64,000 bases of DNA from positions 217,374,001-217,438,000 of the forward strand of contig NC_086097.1 in NCBI RefSeq assembly GCF_963921235.1, in the 5' to 3' direction. This stretch comes from Mobula hypostoma. Taxonomy: Eukaryota. The position numbers were made by a program, and so were the translations under genes. The notes below the pieces were generated by a model. The model saw nothing but the letters and a program-made list of their open reading frames with translations. It did no database searches and was not told the DNA's origin. This document shows positions 60,146-64,000 of this stretch, piece by piece. The stretch's first letter is position 1. Every line of letters starts with the position of its first letter.

Positions 60146-61324
60146 GTTATTTCTACATTTATTGTCAAGTTTCAGGTTCTTCGATTCATACAATGACATT
60201 TGATGCTGTTCAAATCTAACCTTCCAATTTTATATTACTTAGTTTCCACAGCATTTATATTTGCATATTAGAAATTCTCTTTTAAAATCAGTACAAGGTC
60301 TCTGAAAATGCTATTGTGAACTCATTGCAATTTTAAACAATCCAGCAAGTCCAAGAGTTCTTTACAAGTTATTAGGCACTTTGAGTGTGTGAATTATTGT
60401 AGTTTTGAACTTTGGTTCAAGATGGCTTAGGGAAAGTTACAGTGTTTTAACCATTTAGTGAATTTTGAAAATCCAACCACAGAAGAATTTGACACAAATT
60501 GTTGTAATGCATTCTAACAACAATAGCAACATTTACCATACATTTGCAAGAAAAGAATACCGTATTTCCACCCCCTCCCCCCGGGAAAGCTTCAACTCTT
60601 TTCCCCGAAAGGAAGAATTGAAATCTGGGGAAAATAACAAGCTGTGGCAGTAAAGAAAGGAGGCTAATGTCTATCAATTGGGAGGAGAACTGCAAGAAGA
60701 AGAAAGGGATAAACAACAGTGGACTGAACAAAATGAAAGGTATAAGCCATAGCAACACATGGAGGAGGAAGGAGAGAAAATAGAGCAGGCTGAAAACAAA
60801 TGGGGCTGGGAGAACAGGGAGTAGAGGAAAACAACAGAAGGGGTTGGAAAAGCATAAGAATAAAGTAAAAAAATTTGAAGGTCAGAGGGGGACATCACCA
60901 ATATCGTCTTCATCAGGTGTACAGTACAGAAAAAGGCCCTTTGGTCCGACCTGTCCATGCTAACTGTGATGCCTAACTACATCAATCCCGGTTGCCTGTA
61001 TCCCTTATCCCTAACTATCCAAGTGCCTTTTCAAATTTCCACATCTATCACTTCCTCTGACAGATTGTGTAGAAAACCTCTGAGGTTTCATTGAATTTCT
61101 CCCTCTCGAGTTTCAGACTGCCCTACCATGGGAAAAAGAAAAACAATCTCATAAACCTTTTTAAAGTAACCCCTCAGCCTCTGATGCTCCAGTGAGAACA
61201 AAACTAGCTTATCAAATCCCTCCTTGCAAGTCAAACCCTCCATTCCAGTCAATATTCTTCTGCATTCTTATCATTGCTACAGTGTGGCAATGAAAACTAC
61301 ATAATTCTCCAAAAGCAGTTTATC

Positions 61325-61690
61325 TCATGGCATATTTTATTTAGAGAAGTAAATGGATTTGGTTGGCGGATTGATGTCTTCTTTTTATAGACGCTTGTAT
61401 GGCGTATAGCTCCGGGTTTGAGCTCCAAATGGGTTTTTTTTCCTCTCGTTGTTTTTTGTTTGTTAGCTGGGTTTTTTTGTTTTAGTTAGTAGGGGTTCTT
61501 TTTTTCCCCCCTTCTTTCTTTTCTCAAAAAAAGCTTTAACATTGTTTTTTTTAAATTATTATTATTGATACACTGCTTAGCTTGGTTAATAGTTTGACTC
61601 CTATTACACATATTGATATAATGACTTGATCATTTTAATGTATTTTGTTGTCAATTTTCAATAATAATTAATAAAAAGATTTAAAAATGA
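61325..61690 (+). mobile_element. L1-type 3' UTR with poly(A) signal
   Basis: T-rich UTR ending AATAAAAAGATTTAAAAA, as at 53433. Confidence 0.55.
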
Positions 61691-63589
61691 AAAATTATTT
61701 AGAGACAGCTCGGAACAGGCCCTTCCAGCCCAACGAGCCACACCACCCAGCAGCCCGTCTATTTAACGCTAGCCTTATCACAGGAAAACCCCGAGCTGTA
61801 ATAGCTATGCTACCACGGCTCCAAAGTGCAGCTGCAATAACCAGATCCTTTACACAAGTTACTCCAGATAAAACAACTTGCTTGCAATAAAGGCTTTGAA
61901 AGGTAATTTAAAAAAATAAAATATCTTCAATAATTCAACTCCATCTCCCGCTCACCTTAAAACTATGCAGAGTGACAAAGTAATCTTATGTAATGGCCAT
62001 CTATAATTGTGTTTGCTGTAAAATGGCACTTCTTTCCTCAAAACTTTCCAAACTTTAAAATAATAAGCTTTATTTAAAAGTTAATGGAAAATGTTCTCAA
62101 ATTCATTATCTAGATTGTTATGCAAATACCAGAGGGTATGCACTTAAAGTGAGAGGCGAAAAGTTTAAAGGAGATCTGTAAAGCAAGTGTGTTTTTTCCT
62201 TATTACACAGACACAGGTAGGTGCCTGGAATAGGTTGCCAGAGGTAGTGATGGAAATAGATACGATAGTGGCATTTCAAAGGCTTTTATACAGTAGAGAC
62301 CATGAATATGCAGAATCGTGTGCAGACAGAAGAGTTTTGGCTTAGTCTGGCATCATGCTCTACAAAGACATTGTTAGCTGAAGGACCTGTTCCTGAGCTG
62401 CACGGTTCTGAAACAGACAAGTACATTTCTGAAGAAATGGTAGTTTGGAAATTTGAGATAAATGTCTGCTGGGTGATGAACTGACAGAGGTTATGGGCCT
62501 AGTCTGGCTGCTCTGAATTTATGGACTAAATGTGGCTCAGAATGCTGTTGCTTGCTTTTATTGTTTACATGATTTTTATTCCCCTCCCCACCGCCTTTCT
62601 CTGCACATTGGGTGCCAGTCTTTTTTTTTTAAATGGGTTCTTTCGGGTTTCTTGCTTTGTGACCACCTGGAAGCACATGAATCTCAAGTATGTATAACTT
62701 ATACATTATTTGATAATATTGTACTTTGAATCCTTTGAGGTATCATAATTTCTCGTACAAAAGTACCTCAGTTTAATCATGAAAATTGATATCAAATACA
62801 TAAACTTTCAATGGCTCATGAATAAATGATATTAAATATATTAATCTTTTCAGCTACTAAGGGGAAGAAATAACTTTTTGTTCCAATAGTTACTTATTTC
62901 ATTGATTTATTTCTTATTCGCAATCTTTCTTGATTGATCACTCAATCTTGGTATCTTTCTATATGAGAAAATGTTTAGGCTTCACAATTGCTTCCAATTT
63001 CCACATAAAATGGTGACTTCAAAGTATATCAAATAAAATTTTTAAATATTGAAAGCATCACTATGAAAACAAAAACTCTATTCATTTTCAAAAGATTTTC
63101 CAGATTAAAGCAGCCCTTGAGCACAAAGGTTCAGAGTCATACTTAGGTAAAACAACCATTAAATAAATAAAATTGGTTAACATTGGCACCTTTTGCACTA
63201 ATAACTAATTTATGAAAATATATGGGAGTCAAGACTTTTTTTTAAACAGGCATAAATTATAATGCTTCGTAGTTTCAAATGTTCAATATTTTTCCGATAA
63301 TTTAAAAAAACAGCATATATAGTTAAGAAGAAATTTAAGGGAAAAGAAATACAAACAGAAGTTGAAAAATAAAGTCTTGAACCCAAATAAAAAAAAGTAA
63401 CAAAAGCTGCTGTACTATGAAGTGGAGAAAAATCAGATACACTAAAAGTAAACTAATAAAATTAAAGCCAAATATACAATCTAAATGGTACTTTGAGAAG
63501 GTACCAAAGATTCCAAACATTTGAAATGTTTAGGATACATTTAGTAAGCATCCAGAAGCTACTCTACAGAAAATGAATGAGCACTGGAA

Positions 63590-63940
63590 AGACATCATAG
63601 AATCAGAATAATACAGCACAAAAACAGGCCCTTCGGCCCAACTCATCCATACCGATCATGGTGCCCATCAAGCTAATCCCATTTGCCTGATTTTTGTTCA
63701 AGTCCCTCTGAAGCCTTTAGATGTTATTATTGTGCCTGGCTCAACCACTTCCTCTGGCAGCTTATTCCACATAGGCACCACCTTCTGCACTAAGTAGTGT
63801 CTGCTCATTTCGACTTTAAATCTTTCATCTTAAACCCATGTCATCTACTGTTTTAAGTTTCCCTTTCCTGGGGAAAAAAATTATGTGCCTTCACCCTATC
63901 TGTATCCTTCAGGATTTTACACCCCTCAGTCTCCTAAGTT
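63590..63940 (-). mobile_element. CR1 LINE 3' fragment
   Basis: ACAGGCCCTTCGGCCCA terminal motif shared with other CR1 ends in the window. Confidence 0.7.
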
Positions 63941-64000
63941 TACCTTGAAGACAAGAGTTTCAACAGATGTTGACACCAGTGTAGAAGGAACAGTGATGTG

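Overview
Vertebrate genomic DNA. The repeat set (CR1, Rex1/Babar, Penelope, fish-type L1, Tc1, hAT-Charlie) suggests a cartilaginous fish; this is inference. Two minus-strand genes lie in the conserved MYBL1-VCPIP1 order. One is the 5' half of MYBL1 (A-Myb): coding exons 1-5 at 22334-22315, 13868-13763, 13436-13365, 10141-10049 and 613-393, all GT-AG and in phase, with a CpG-island promoter at about 22.2-22.9 kb. The other is the last coding exon of VCPIP1 (57277-56343). The rest is largely nested transposon sequence. Most notable: (1) Penelope-derived repeats carrying a minimal hammerhead-ribozyme motif, including a TSD-flanked perfect 52-bp hairpin in MYBL1 intron 4; (2) a 1.5-kb non-coding two-LTR element with a Tf1/sushi-type self-priming signal; (3) a probable 13-kb intron in the VCPIP1 3' UTR placed so as to escape NMD; (4) an env-less class I endogenous retrovirus relic; (5) a templated inverted copy of apparently unique DNA at a CR1 break; (6) a possible decayed orphan exon. 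All calls are from manual reading with no database search, so TE family names and boundaries without a stated TSD are approximate.
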